Positions 8,901-21,322 are shown, numbered from the stretch's first letter. The stretch is 64,000 nt of DNA from Botryllus schlosseri (GCA_051294905.1 CM119371.1:8744001-8808000); one strand, 5' to 3'. The notes: a model not told the origin generated them from the sequence alone. Numbers and translations are program-made.

Positions 8901-10963
8901 TTCAGCTCCATGCATTTGCTGATGCCAGCACACATGGTTATTCTGCCTGTTGTTACTTCCGTTTTGAGGATCCTGATGGACAGGTTCACGTCTCTTTCGT
9001 CAGAGGAATCTCCAGAGTCGTGCCAAAGAATGCCCCAAGCATTTCCAGACTAGAAGTCACGGCTGCTGTAACCTGCACCAAACTTGCCAGAGACGTTATC
9101 AAAGATGTCGACTACAAGATCGACTCCGTCCACTACTGGACCGACAGTACCGCTGTACTCCAAAGCATTCGGAGTACTTCAGCTCGTTTCAACACCTTCG
9201 TACATCAAAGACTGCTTAAGATTCGCGCTCTGTCTTGTAACGACCAATGGTGCCACATCGACTCGGCAAATAACCCGGCTGATATTGGATCGCGTGGGCT
9301 GATGCCTCAGCAGTGGCAACGCGCAAAAATGTGGTTCGAAGGTCCCGACTTCCTACGCCAGTCCTTCGAATCGAGGTCTAGACATGAAAATGCACACCAA
9401 CCCGACACGCTAACGGAACCAGTGTTTTCGACTGACGTGTCGCCGACAGAAGTGTCGTTCAGGGACTACTTGCGCAGTTTCTCATCATTCACAAGTCTCG
9501 TTTGCTCGACCGCTTGGATTCTTCGGCTCCGTTCTATGCTGCGCTGGAAGATAAAAGGCTCTCCAACGGATCCGCTCCTCGAACCACGCTCTGGTTTCCT
9601 CACCGTTGAGGAGCTTGAGGAAGCGACAAGGGAAGTTGTCAGACTCGTCCAAGCCGAGTCATTTCCCGGTGCTGTCGAATCGCTTCGTGACAACGCGCGC
9701 GCCGACCATGTTCTCGTTAACAAAAAGCATGTTCCCAATTCATTGGCAAAGTTGATACCTTATGTATCTGATGGCGTCATGCGTGTCGAGGGTCGTCTGA
9801 ACCGCTCACAGCTACCCGATGACGCAAAAAATCCCATGATTTTACCGTCTAGTCACCATGTTACTCAATCGATTATTCGTCAATACCATGTGGCTAATGG
9901 TCATTGTGGCACCCTACAAGTTCTGTCCCTACTCCGTGAAAAATTTTGGGTCATGAAAGGACAAACTTCCATTCGCAAAGTCCTAAATAAATGTGTGTTC
10001 TGCCAATGCCGCCGGGCTAACCTAGGCTCCCAATACATGGCGGACCTCCCGCGTTACCGTCTTACACCACACAAGACTGTCTTCCATTATACAATGGTTG
10101 ACTATTTTGGTCCTTTGACCTGCAAACGTACTGAGCTTAAACGCTATGGTTGCGTATTTACCTGTTTATGTACTCGAGCCGTCCATTTGGAAGTAGTAGA
10201 TTCACTTGAAACTTCAGCCTTTTTGATGGCATTCTTCAAGTTCTGTGATATTCGGAATAGGCCCTCACACATGTTCAGTGATAATGGCACGACTTTCGTA
10301 GGTGCTCAAAAAGAGCTAGCTAAGGCGCTGGGAAATTTAAACTCTAAACAGGTTACCTCCTCCCTAGCAGACAGGGGTATCCAATGGCATTTCTCGCCCA
10401 GTCTTGCACCGCATTTCAATGGATGTGTTGAACGTGTCGTTGCTTTGTGTAAACGTACTCTGTGCGCTCTCAATAATGGTGCGGCCTTTCAGGATAATAC
10501 TTTATCTGCGTTGTTTTATGGAGTCGCTCGCATTTTGAACGATAGGCCCCTGACGCCCATTTCGGACGACCCAAATGACTTGCCGTGTCTGACTCCTAAC
10601 TCTATCATTCTGGGGAGTCTTGACACTTCTGTCCCGACTAATAAGTTCTGTAAAGCTGATGATTATGCAAAAAATTGGCGCTATGTCCAGCGTAAACTCG
10701 ATCTCTTTTGGGAGAGGTGGTTGAAAGAGTACCTACCCTTGCTGCAATCTCGTTCGAAGTGGCTCGATAAAACGCCCAATTTCAAAGTAGGGGATATCGT
10801 TCTGATGTCTGATTCCTCTGCACCCCGTGGTAAATGGCCGAAAGCCATAGTTGAACAAACATTTCCGGATGACCACGGGTTGGTTCGAAAAGTTACTGTG
10901 CGTACTCCCACTGGTACTTATAGTCGCGACATCCGCAAGTTGTGTCGTCTTGAGCTTGAATGA
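5963..10963 (+). CDS. BEL/Pao Gag(C-terminal)-Pol polyprotein: DUF1759-like capsid region, three Zn knuckles, aspartic protease, reverse transcriptase, RNase H, integrase
   Basis: FDGDPRDY; CHLCDDSHPLYQC, CVNCLGYGHEAPAC and CYVSGCGASHHTLLH; FLDPGC; ADLAQMF...YVDD; LHAFADAS...RLE...WTDS...NPAD; H-x4-H...CVFC; VDYFGP...SDNGT...VER. Confidence 0.95.
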   Translation: MTPDSPANYNNDPYLASVNSMLGSMKRSMDLNTVTIASFDGDPRDYYRFMNEFDSAFEPVNANPSERHDARTKLNKLISYCTGDAKSALAGCSANRYGEDAYLHARNVLHDSFGRDSYVIDAFIDELTHSGDVNPNDNRELAAAYDQLRSANHILSQLGAMAQVNAPAVSDAIMKRFPRHFIQKFSSKYEEKMENGYEPQFEDFVAFVGRQAGTSRTRLGKFVSSMPFARATKFPPRKTQVNATSVDRPVAVSNEPRPRSARTKPTPRCHLCDDSHPLYQCDLFHQKTPAERKKFVEEKPVCVNCLGYGHEAPACKSDRKCYVSGCGASHHTLLHGGFQNKITADVNTMSSWLNGKVNPVRLSVVPVIITSPDSNVRVVTNAFLDPGCGHVLCTHRLRKKLNMQGDRMVCETSTAGGVFEGEVEVISLTVQALDQSTVIDIKNVLATSHFPDVQNHTPNVDTISECDHLSHINIPVANTNDVDLVLGKDFQMQYPNTEIIKPQNGLPGAELSVFGWSLAGADRTLIKSGFQPNSVNFIDMNFVHAENTIFNRFDSPTLPICSSCNADFSDVWVDPYESQNSIEDEQALSTMKETAHILNGRFRVGLPWRTKEVKLPYNRGAAEKSLENQRSKFQKDPEFFRKYKEKIDEYLSRGYAQVVPPDLLPASERTFYLIHFHTRQQKMRIVFDASRKFSGISLNSQLLSGPDVNSSLIGVLCRFRMGRYAWVADLAQMFSRIQTYPEDSDSLRFLWFEDSRLDGKAIDYQMTSHVFGSTSSPCIAQFCLRQIVLLNGTSADKPTLDCILRNTYVDDILHSSDDLGTAIKVIEELRTLFAHYGFNLTKFASGRTEIMSRIPEDARAANLVDLDFTNSGKESTLGVIWNMNEDSLCARTNIKPKPFTRRGIASQIAQIYTPFGYSSPFLLPARLLLQEISRNDLDWDTPIDDSFKAKWKKWVDSLPELEKLSFPRCYKPPGFSPVNIQLHAFADASTHGYSACCYFRFEDPDGQVHVSFVRGISRVVPKNAPSISRLEVTAAVTCTKLARDVIKDVDYKIDSVHYWTDSTAVLQSIRSTSARFNTFVHQRLLKIRALSCNDQWCHIDSANNPADIGSRGLMPQQWQRAKMWFEGPDFLRQSFESRSRHENAHQPDTLTEPVFSTDVSPTEVSFRDYLRSFSSFTSLVCSTAWILRLRSMLRWKIKGSPTDPLLEPRSGFLTVEELEEATREVVRLVQAESFPGAVESLRDNARADHVLVNKKHVPNSLAKLIPYVSDGVMRVEGRLNRSQLPDDAKNPMILPSSHHVTQSIIRQYHVANGHCGTLQVLSLLREKFWVMKGQTSIRKVLNKCVFCQCRRANLGSQYMADLPRYRLTPHKTVFHYTMVDYFGPLTCKRTELKRYGCVFTCLCTRAVHLEVVDSLETSAFLMAFFKFCDIRNRPSHMFSDNGTTFVGAQKELAKALGNLNSKQVTSSLADRGIQWHFSPSLAPHFNGCVERVVALCKRTLCALNNGAAFQDNTLSALFYGVARILNDRPLTPISDDPNDLPCLTPNSIILGSLDTSVPTNKFCKADDYAKNWRYVQRKLDLFWERWLKEYLPLLQSRSKWLDKTPNFKVGDIVLMSDSSAPRGKWPKAIVEQTFPDDHGLVRKVTVRTPTGTYSRDIRKLCRLELE

Positions 10964-11218
10964 TTTTGATCTCTTTTATTGCATGCTCTTTGTATCTTGC
11001 CAATTTCGCACCTCACTTGCCAATGTTGTGCATTTTTTTTTGTACATTGACTTCGCTTACTGGCACTGTGTCAGCGTTCTGTACAATTGCTTTTGTTTTA
11101 CATGTTTTCTTCACTCCCCCATTGTCTTCATAAGCTGAAAACCACCATTCCTTAATTTTTTTTTTGTGGCTCACCGATAACCGCATTTGGCAATTATGTT
11201 TCGTCACAGGGGCGGCTA

Positions 11219-11612
11219 TGTCACGGTGGCTTTCAGCCCGTATTCTTCGGTTCGTTACACATGACTACCTCACAGAACGAGGCCAGGCATCGAGCGCACG
11301 TGGTCATTCTTTTGTCTGAGAACGTCGCACAGTTAACAGGGTGTTCATATTGCTCTTGCATTCTAATTGACATTATTGTAATTTCTCAGAGTATTGCCGG
11401 CGTATATTTTAAGGGTGTGTTATTGGACCAGACTGATTGACCTTGATTCTACAATACATCGTGACGGGGATATCATTGTGTCTGTAGTCTGGACTTATAG
11501 CAGTCAGTTGAAGATACTCGAAGTCCGTCATTACTCGCACCGGTACTCTAGTCCGGCTCAAACTGAGCCGTTTCAATCCTGTGAACAATTGCTTTCGCAG
11601 TCCCACGGGACA
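11219..11612 (+). repeat. 3' LTR
   Basis: Direct repeat of 3871-4264. Confidence 0.97.
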
Positions 11613-12559
11613 GTAGTTATGAGACGAAGTCATTCACCGATAAGGACGAAGTTGGCGCTAAAACGAGGAATTTGACCAAGAATAACGTATTCTGTCTGGA
11701 GAAACGCAAGATACCGAAACATGCCAGCGGTTTAACGTTCGTCGGACACGATAGTTGCGAGGGGAATAAACGAATTCAACTTCAAATTTCAGTGAGAAGC
11801 CATGTTGTGCAAAAGATTCCCGGAGCACCGAAGATGACATCCTTGCTGCCAGGAAAATGGTCCTGTTCGCGTACGAACATGAAAAGTGGATAAACGTATC
11901 GCTTCATGAGGCGACCGTCCAAACTACCCAGAGCGAGAATTGTAAAGTCCCAACGTTCAAACCATCTTCGTTAACGTCTGAATCCAAACGATTGATTGCC
12001 ACGGATAAGCTTCGCGTGGTGAAAAAAGCGATTTCTCACGGGTTACATGTCCACCGCGAAAGTATTTGAATCCACAATAAAGCATTAGGCGTTGTCGAAA
12101 ATTCAACTAAATAAGGGTAAAACAATGCCTACCATGGAGTGCAAAGAAATAGGATCGATGGAAATCAATGTCATTCACGCCTCATCGCTTCCTCCAGTGC
12201 CACGAAACTGGTACTTCAGGTTATTTAGATTGCGATCGAGATCGTCAAGAGTTACAAACATTAAAGCTCTGGTCAAAATATCTCGGATTGTCACGAAATC
12301 ATTGGGCAAAAATCTTGTGAAAGATGATTTGACTTTTGATCTTCGCAATCGTGATGACGAGGCGATCAGGCGTATTGAACATGTGTTCGATTTATGAAAA
12401 TCTCAAACTTTGAATGCAAAGTGGGTAGCAGGCAGCAGCCCGTTCGAACGGAGATACATCAGTTTGTTATTGTGTAGAATATATTTTGTCATGTCACTAC
12501 TAAGTGAAAACTGCATCCGTCTACGCGTGTTCCTAGACGACGATGCCTTCCCTGTCAAT

Positions 12560-15438
12560 CAGACATCGGGTAATCGTGATTAGTAATCGTAATCGATTAC
12601 GACGATTACAGCATTTTCGAGTAATCGTAATCGCAATCAATTACATTCGAAAATATTCTAAAGTAATCGTAATCGAATATGTCAAATATCTAATCGATTT
12701 CTTGATGAAAGAACGATTACTTTTTATTTGTATCAGGATTGACATGACGCAGACAATGAACATTCGTGAACACGGAAGAGTGCGATATATTGTTCCAGGT
12801 TATTAATAGCAGAAACGTCGGATTTTCAAGCACCACAGTTCATTATTACGTCAGAAGTATTAGCTTTGCTCTTCATCGCGTAATTAATCCCCTCATAGAA
12901 TAAATATTCATGTAGGCCTACATTGTACATTGTACCTGTAGTAAAGCGATTATAAGAACCACCGACATGCGATGTATCACATTATCAATACACTCCATAC
13001 GCCACTACCGGCAACAGGATTCAACACTCCGACTAGTTTCAAATGGTATAGTACATGTATTGGTGCTTGGTTTTGCTTATAGTTAAACGCAGTTTTGACG
13101 TTGCTGCTTGACGTATAGTAGGACTATGTACGTACACCGGACAAAGATTTGAAATTTTTTACTCGTCAGATGAAACATTTACAATCTTCACACCGAAGCA
13201 TTAAAAATAAACGGCTGCTGATATAAATCACAACCCAGGTGTCATTTGCCGTTACTCGCAATATCTGTATTATGTGGAATGTAGGCAATAGGCATGCGCA
13301 TACTATGCACATTGTTCAACTGCAAGAATCATTATTTTATATTAACTTTATCTCACTCATACAGCCCTACTTAAAACTGGCACCAATCGTTATTCGGCAA
13401 TTCTTCACTTATCATTTGGATCTGCCCAGGACCGCAACTGCCGCACCCCAAACCACAATTGGGGGGGGGGGGCGACTCGTAGGGGGGTCCAAGCTATTTC
13501 GCAAATTAGCATAAATTGCGCAGTTTTTGGTCATTTTTGTTGCCAAATATAGGGGCTTTTGGGTACACTCCCCCCCCCCTCCCCCGTCAAGAAAAATATG
13601 CATGATTTAGACAAATGGGCATTTCGGCGTCGGCCATTACCGCGCCACAACGCACAAATACATACAGTTTTAGGCCATATGTAACATGCGACTCCAATAA
13701 GTGTGCCAGAACTATCGGCTGCGAGAAAATCTGGGCCGAATAGGACTGCCCTTATGCTGACCAAAAACTTCGATATACATACATAGGTCTATATGTTTAA
13801 TTGTCCATAGGCGCCTAAATGGCTGGCGCCGAATGTTCATGTCCTGGCAAACTGAACCCCTCAAGACAAATGCCTACCCGCAAGGAAAGTTTAATTGCCA
13901 GTAAAGAAATACTAATTTGAAATCGTATGTGTGTTTTAGTTTAGTACGTTTGGGTGATTTCAACTTGTTTTATCGTAGCAGACAGGAGGTCGCGAAACAA
14001 CGTCATGTAATGAAGCTACTATACCGCCCGAATATGCTTAGTTGTTATTTACGGACACCACAGTTACCAAGACACCACATTCAGCTCTACCAGGAAATCT
14101 GATTACGGGAGCAGGGAGGATACAAAATCGATAGCAACATATATGCAATTCCCGATCATAATGACCGATTCAATCATGAATTGATAAAAATTTTCGCGCC
14201 AGGCGCGGTTAGGCGAAGTAACGCTTCTCACTGAACAGTGCAAATGCCGTTGATAAGTCGCGGCAAACACGACTAACCTGATGGGGGGATCTGGGGACGC
14301 ACCTCTCCACAATTTTGGTTTACCACCCTATGGGGGGGGGGCAACACCAACGTTTGGGGGGCGCCTGGCGAAGTGCTGTTACCGCCCTGGATCTGCCGCT
14401 TATAGAACATGCTTGAATACAACATACAGCAACAGCGCATGTACTGTTGTAGCTAGAATAAGGACCGAAACAGCTCTTTGTCAGTCCCCCAATTGGTGAT
14501 TGCATATAGAAATATTCATTCTTTGTAATCTATCCGCCCACGTGGTCAGATTTACCGGTAACGCTAACGAAGGTTGTGCCTTCGAAAACTAAGGGCACGT
14601 AATTTTCGTGAGATGCACACGCAAATTGTCATTTCTTCACGGGACACGCAATTTTCCTCTTTCGGTGCCCGGGTGTCACTTGTACTGCGGGTGGCAGATT
14701 AGGACGTCAGGAGTATTCGTCGCAGCCACTCAACGCAGCTATGGACAATGGAAACATATACAATATACATAGAAAGATTCGGCAAAGCTCTTTCTTCGGT
14801 AGCACACTTCACGGTTTTGTATGTTAGCCGAAACGGCATGGCATTTTGGTGTATCATGGCGCTGCAATAATCGGCACCGAGATGCATATTTCTATAAATT
14901 GTGCAGATGTGTATATCTTTTTTGTTTAGAGGCGGGGTATGCATATTAAAATAAAGATATGTATACAGCGACATTAATTGTGGAACGCGAAGGAAATATT
15001 CACGCTAATTAAATCTCTTAAAAACACAACAATGTATGTTTATTTAAGAACTAATTCTAGGCTTCCTTCGAACTCGACCCCCACCCAATTCAGGGGTTTG
15101 GGATGCGGGAGTTACTGGTAGAATGCAATTCGTTGGGTATGAGAATCCGTCAGCTATGAAGTTGGACATAAAAACAAGTAAATGACGCCACACTTGAAAA
15201 AATATCGTTATCTCACGATGCGTTTCCATCACAATCGATATATTGTCCTCCGATGTGTCTTCAAGGATGAGTTTTAAGAAGTAAAATGAATGTAATCGTG
15301 AGTAATCGTGATTACTTTTCCAAGGTAGTCGTAATCGACTACTCCCGGATTTCGCTGTAATCGTAATCGTAATCGCGTGATTCCGAAGTAATCGTAATCG
15401 CAATCGATAACATTGGTGAAGTAATCACCCCATGTCTG
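12560..15438. mobile_element. non-autonomous hAT-like DNA transposon with GTAATC subterminal arrays
   Basis: Termini CAGACATCGGGT.../...ACCCCATGTCTG, 8-bp TSD CTGTCAAT/GTGTCAAT, and dense GTAATC/GATTAC repeats at both ends. A related fragment is at ~41540-42150. Confidence 0.75.
13427..14389. mobile_element. nested non-autonomous DNA transposon
   Basis: Perfect 8-bp TSD GATCTGCC (13419-13426, 14390-14397), CAGG...CCCTG termini and subterminal G-runs. Internal sequence recurs at ~36630-37170. Confidence 0.75.
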
Positions 15439-16587
15439 GTGTCAATCAGTACACGGACAATTTTAACATGAACTGTATATATTTTGTACCGTTCAAAGTG
15501 CATTGCATTGGATATTATCTGAACTATATTTATTGAGTGAAAGTGTTTTTTATTATATTGTTTGCCTTTATTGTGATTTATTTAAATGGTATTTCGTATG
15601 AAATCACCTCAATTTGGTAAGTTCCTGTTTTCCGTTTTATTTTATCGCATTTCAATAAAATGTCCAGTTTAATGCTGTGGATATCCGAACATTTATTAGC
15701 TTCCATAGTTACGGTGACATAATAGACAGATGTTAGTAGACGGGTAGAGTTTCAAGTTGTTCAATAACTGGCAGGAAACGGTGAATCAATACCTGCAGTT
15801 GCACGCACGGACACAACGAATGTTAGGATATATTGCGGAATCTGCACCCAAAGCTAACCATCAATGACAATTCGATTGGGGTACGTATGGAAGATCAGTT
15901 TTCTAAACATCAATCCGGCATTTAAAATTGAAAATAAACCCGTACGTACACGTCGATGAAGTATTTCCGATAACAGGGCAAACTATTCCCTGGAATTCCA
16001 TACCATACAATCTTGTGATATTTGTCTTTTTTTGTATATTGCATTATCGAGAGAATGGTAATATCCAAGGTATTGTCTGTGGTCCATGAATTCGCAGTCA
16101 AATGTTATTTCGTGTTGCGAAGTAAATATTGTAGGTATTAGATTCGCCCCCCAAACGTAGGCCTACCGGGAACAACTTTCCCTCGTGATGAGAAGAGAAC
16201 GATTAAAAATTGGTATTTATTTATATATCATTTTTCTCTGCCGTTCGCACCTGTACTTTGGAGATCAGATTACAAAGCTAATATACTATATTAAAATGAA
16301 AACTCAAGTGACATTTGGCGCGAAGAAAATTTCAAGAATGATTCAAACCTCTTATTAGTTAGGGAGTAAATTCGTAAATTTAATTTGCATATTGACGGCC
16401 ACCGACACATCCTAATTGAGTTAAGGGTCTTCGGCCGTAAAATTTTCATTCTACTGCCACAGATTGGCCACCCCTCGACTAAGAAATTGATATTGGGGTT
16501 AGCTAGACACGGTAATCGCTGGAAAACTATCTCCTCGTAAAGCTTGGTCTTTTGGGGAGCCCAAAGTCGATTTTTAAGCGTCTAGGT

Positions 16588-17255
16588 CAGTGGTTCTCAA
16601 CCGGGGGTCCGTGAAGCATTTTCAGGTAGTCCGCGAAACCTTTTTGTTATATGATTGATAGCCTAATTTGTAATTTGTTGCAATTAGGGTAAGCGCGAGA
16701 CAGTGTCACGTCATAATTGCTAAGAATTTAGAACTCACATCTTTAGAATGGTCGTCTGAGATACAATATCCTACAGTTCAAACTCATTTTAATTGCCAAA
16801 TTGCCAATAGCCTATCGATACAAACATACTGGTCATTAGACACATTTTGTTGGGGTCGTTTGAAATATATATTTCTGTTTTTTCCTCTGATCTGTCCCAG
16901 TGAAGGGATTGAAGCCTCGCCACGAAATCCATATTCTCCTGTGATTTACATAACAACTATTACAGAATAACTTCAAGATTAGAGGCTAGATAGAAATGAC
17001 CAGGCTGGACGTCATATGTTCAATAAAAACTTTGTTTCTCAATTCTGGTGCCATATAAGTTGCGATCACAGCAAATGGTGTCGTCGGAAGCGTTACACGT
17101 TGATATTACATTCGTCAGTACCTATTTTCTTGGAAGCCACCAGTTAATATTTTCACAAGGTAGATGACGATAATTGAGCTAATTTTGAACGAAAACTCGA
17201 GGCGGTCCGTGGGGTCCGTGATAGTCCAAAAGGGGTCCGCAAGGAGAAAAAGGAT
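16588..17255. mobile_element. Buster/Charlie-like MITE, right end decayed
   Basis: Left end GTCTAGGT|CAGTGGTTCTCAACCGGGGGTCCG; GGGGTCCG subterminal repeats at ~17200-17240. Confidence 0.6.
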
Positions 17256-17914
17256 GTAATACATAACTTCTGAGTATTCAGGAAGCTGTCGGAAGTTGTA
17301 AAAAAAGCGGCAAAAGTTGCTAACATATGCCTTAGTTATTATTCTAATTAATTCGCTATATTGTAGACGAGTCGTTCCTTGGACAATATGCCACCATATG
17401 GGGGGGGGGTCGCTTGCGAGAGACAGAGTGGCGTAACTGTAACTGTGTCGACGCTCTGTCACTCATGGTCAAATAACTGACTAGGATTATGATATAATCA
17501 ATGAATGTCAACAGAAGGCAGTTTACTGCTTGACTGATCTCAGGTTATTGCTACAATATAGCTTGATTTTAAAATGTGCCAACAATTGTAATGCACAAGT
17601 AGATATTAGATTTTCCTGAGTTTGGCTTTACCGGGATGCTCTAACTTGTGAGGGAGTAATAGGGCAGGGGAAAGGAATGGAGTAGGGCCGTAACTGCTGC
17701 ACTAAAACGAACAATGAACAGCAATACTATACAAGGTCGCCGAAAATTACGTCGCAAATCAACATGAAGTAAAGTATTTGTAATTAAATTTGTTCAACTT
17801 GGAAATCTCGCAAAATGGTATATGCTATTATGATTTAGTTTTCATTCAAAATTAGAGTAGGAGTGTCGCGACGCCAAAGATATGTAAAGTCCGCGGAATT
17901 CATTGTGTTATAGT

Positions 17915-18794
17915 TAGGGCAATTTTTTTTTGACCTAAAAAACGGAAGATTTTGACCTAAAAAATTTAAATTTTGACGTTTTTTGACCTAAAAAAACTGA
18001 AATTTGACTAAATTTTGACCTCACGTATGCAAATTAGGTGTTTTCGCACATAATGTTAAAATTGTACTACTTATCTTCATTTCTGGTTGGAACTGTCTGT
18101 CCTTACAAAGTAGATTGGCCTGAAAAAACGTTTTTGGCTCAAAAACTGACAGATTTTTACATGAAAAACTAGTATTTTAACGAAATCTGGCCCTATGAAG
18201 AATACCTGTAGTTACATTACGTATTCTGGTGGAAATAATTAAAATTTGTTGTAGTACAACGAAAAATCCTTTTCTACATTCTCGGGTAGAAAGTGTCTGT
18301 CCTTACTACGTAGCTTGCCAAGAACGGAGAAAGAACGTTCATCAGCAGCATTTGTTGGCTGGCAACACTCAAGTTGTGTGCACACTGCTGGTGACAAACC
18401 GTGTTGCTTCATTCTGACAATGTTGTCTATATCACTATTTTTCAGCTTGCGCTTCTTGATATAAGAACCATGCAATGTCCAAGCAGTCTTGCTTCAGCTA
18501 GGATATTGCGGTACGTTGACCATAAAACCATGTCACTATTTGTTTCATTTGACCATTTATGATTCACAATGAGCAGACGATGGTCCGTTTACAACGGTAG
18601 GCCTATAAAGTAGGCTACAAGCTGTAAAATATCAAATGATAAGTTCACCGACAGCGCAAAATCTACGATACAAACGAAATGCAGAGGTCAAAAAATGTTT
18701 GACTTTGTAAACAATTTTGACAAATTTTGACCTAACGCTACAATTTTGACCTAATTTTGACTTTTTTTGACATGTCAAAAAAAAAATTGCCCTA
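17915..18794 (-). mobile_element. internally deleted hAT transposon retaining the transposase C-terminal dimerisation motif
   Basis: TIRs TAGGGCAATTTTTTTT/AAAAAAAATTGCCCTA, perfect TSD GTTATAGT, TTTTGAC subterminal repeats, and minus-strand CQPTNAADERSFSVLGKLRSKDRHFLPENVEK. An inverted partial copy is at ~63520-63700. Confidence 0.85.
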
Positions 18795-20112
18795 GTTATA
18801 GTCAACAAACAATTGTTACCTTGTTTCATAGCGAGGGAATGTGGATTGGTCGCATAGCAAGAATTGAGAAACTGATATGTGCTTACGGTATCCATCTCAT
18901 ACATCACAATATTGACAAAAAACGTTTACGTATATGCCAGCCATCTGTAATGATTAACGCGCATCATCAATTATATGCTCACCCTATGGTACGATTTCTC
19001 TAACATTTTGTTTCTTCGGAAAGATCCAACTTACGCGGTTATTAGGAGTGCGCCCGGACAAGATATAGTTATGGAGATAGAGGTGGTGTCCTGCATGTTG
19101 TGTTTGGAGCCCGATATCAGATCAACAGTATTTAAACTGGCCTGGCATCACAAATTTTGATAATTCTTGATTCCGCTAGGTTGAAAAGTTCCAGCAACTG
19201 GAACATAGATAGAAACCATTGACGCGCATAGTATTGTACGAAAAAGTCTCGCAATAGAAATAACATAAAGGAGAAATCCAACCATACTGTGTCGGTGGTC
19301 ATTTTAGTAGATAATCGTATTTCACAGAACTGTGTAGCGTAGGCCTAATTGTCTTCAATTTCTCCAAGTCACATATGCTGTAGAAACGTAACATAGGCTG
19401 CGAACACTAAAAATGCGTTATTACGATCTGCGAGGTTTGGATAACAAGATGTCAATAAAAAATCAAATTTGGATCGCGTTTAAAAAAGTATACATTGAAC
19501 CAAATCAGTGGTTCTCAAACTTTTTTAGACACCCCTCCCCTTTATGATAGTAAAAAAATTCATGCCGCCCTTATTGTCATATCACAAAATGTAACCAGAA
19601 TGCTAGCAATCCCATTGGATAGTTTGACGGCATGGGCGGTTATTACTGTTGAGGAGACAATTCTCAAATATGAAATTCAGACTATACGCAAAGCAATATC
19701 TATGAATTGTAGGTAAATCGCGCGGACAGCAAAAATATATTTCAGTTGGCCACAGCTTCGCACATCTTGAGATGCTTTCGCCACCCCACATCTCATATAT
19801 GTGAGCAATGAAGTTTTATAGAACATTGCCCTAAAAAAGTAATGAGGAGTCTTACAAAAGAGCGAGGTGTTTAAACTCTGTCTATGACACAGTATACGCA
19901 ATTATATGACAGTTCCGCAGTGGTAAAGCATTTGATATCAGAAATCTGCGATAACATCTGTTCGATTTTTTCAAACCGGTCTGTTTTTTTAGTTATGACT
20001 TTATTATCGTATATTACTTCTCTTTTCAAGCTCCTGAATCATTTATTTGAGTATATAACTCACTAACAAATGCATAATTGTACACCTGCTGTCACTTGTA
20101 ATCAACGCAACC

Positions 20113-20188
20113 ATGGCTCAGGGAGGTCATGATATACCATTGGTCGATGAAAATGTCAGCTCTTCACAATTGCGTCTCGATCTGCCGA
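20113..20188 (+). CDS. NLR (NACHT-LRR) gene, putative coding exon 1 (MAQGGHDIPLVDENVSSSQLRLDLP)
   Basis: ACCATGG start context and donor GA|GTAAGT. Phase 1 matches the next exon. Confidence 0.6.
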
Positions 20189-21184
20189 GTAAGTGATACC
20201 AGTATCTGATAGGCGTAATTTTTTCAAGGATATAATTCAAATATTAACTAGAAATGTAAACTTATTTATTTATCCGGCGCCTCGTGAACCACCTCATGAA
20301 CCTTTTCATAAATCTTATGAACATTTTACTTAAAAAATATCGAATATTACAGTGGTTCCAATTTTATTCGTCCCGTCGACGCCGTCGTCCGATATCTGAA
20401 CACCCCCTGAAAAAGATTCCCTGATACTGAAAAAGATCTTATCTCTTGCGCAAGCACGTGTTGTCTGACAGCCGCAGCTTTTAAGCTCTACGACATAAAT
20501 GCTCAAACTATTTTGGAGACGGACCACATTTACTAAATTTAATATGTATATCAAAATAAAATAAGTCGTCACTTTCTGCTGTAGAAACATTGCGCTTAAT
20601 TTGACGATGATATTTTCCAGGTCGGGTAGCTGTTGACTAAAATTAAATCATCAAGTTCGCTTGCGACGACTTTGAGTTGAAAAGACTTTTTGGATTGCAT
20701 TGATCATGGCATCTTAGAAACAGTGCTTACCACGAAAAAGGTCAATGCTTTCATTAGCTGTTCCGTTGTAATAGATTTTCCATGAATTTCCCTATTTATC
20801 AGAAATTTCGTCGAAGCTATATGCCGTAGGCTAGACAAAATTGACTTGTGTTCGCGCATTCAGCACACAGGAGCTTTGGTTTCAAATAATTAAGGGGGGA
20901 GTTGTACTTAAGGGGAAGATTCAAATACTATTTGAGCACATTTGTACCTAAAATCAGCCAATAAGAACACGCATGGGGAAGATCTTCTTCCTTACTTTAC
21001 CTTTCTGCCGAAAAATGAAAAATTGGCTGAGTCCAGGTGCTCCTTCCTTTACAATTCTAAAGCAAGACCCCTACATCTTGCAAAAATGTCCCTGACGTAG
21101 GGGATTATCCTCCAGTTGGCAACAATGCATTGTGACGACAGCTTATATTACTTGAATACAAATCAATGTTTTCTCGTACTCCAG

Positions 21185-21322
21185 AATCTGCATCACTGGC
21201 TGAAGGAGAATTTGTTTATCAGAATTTCACAAACAGCCCTGTTAACGTCGTGGCGGGAAATCTAACCCAGAAGTTCTATCAGACAACGAATGTCCACAAT
21301 GAAGCAAGTCCACCCAGTCAAG
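21185..21322 (+). CDS. NLR gene, putative exon 2 (N/Q/T/V-rich, amyloid-motif-like)
   Basis: Acceptor TTCTCGTACTCCAG|, donor AG|GTGAGT, 138 nt phase 1-1, open frame SASLAEGEFVYQNFTNSPVNVVAGNLTQKFYQTTNVHNEASPPSQ. Confidence 0.7.

Larger units (their letters stand above)
3871..11612 (+). mobile_element. full-length BEL/Pao LTR retrotransposon
   Basis: Two 394-bp LTRs (TGTC...GACA), 5-bp TSD GTAGT (3866-3870, 11613-11617), a PPT-like AGGGGCGGCTA before the 3' LTR, and gag-PR-RT-RH-IN order with Pao-type motifs. Confidence 0.97.

Noticed and set aside
3811..11893. About 111 open codons formed when the BEL element is removed (3811-3870 joined to 11618-11893), plus a faint GIY-YIG-like stretch on the minus strand at 11658-11840
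   Set aside because: No start or splice context and no convincing domain. It could be a decayed host or TE sequence, but this cannot be supported without a search.
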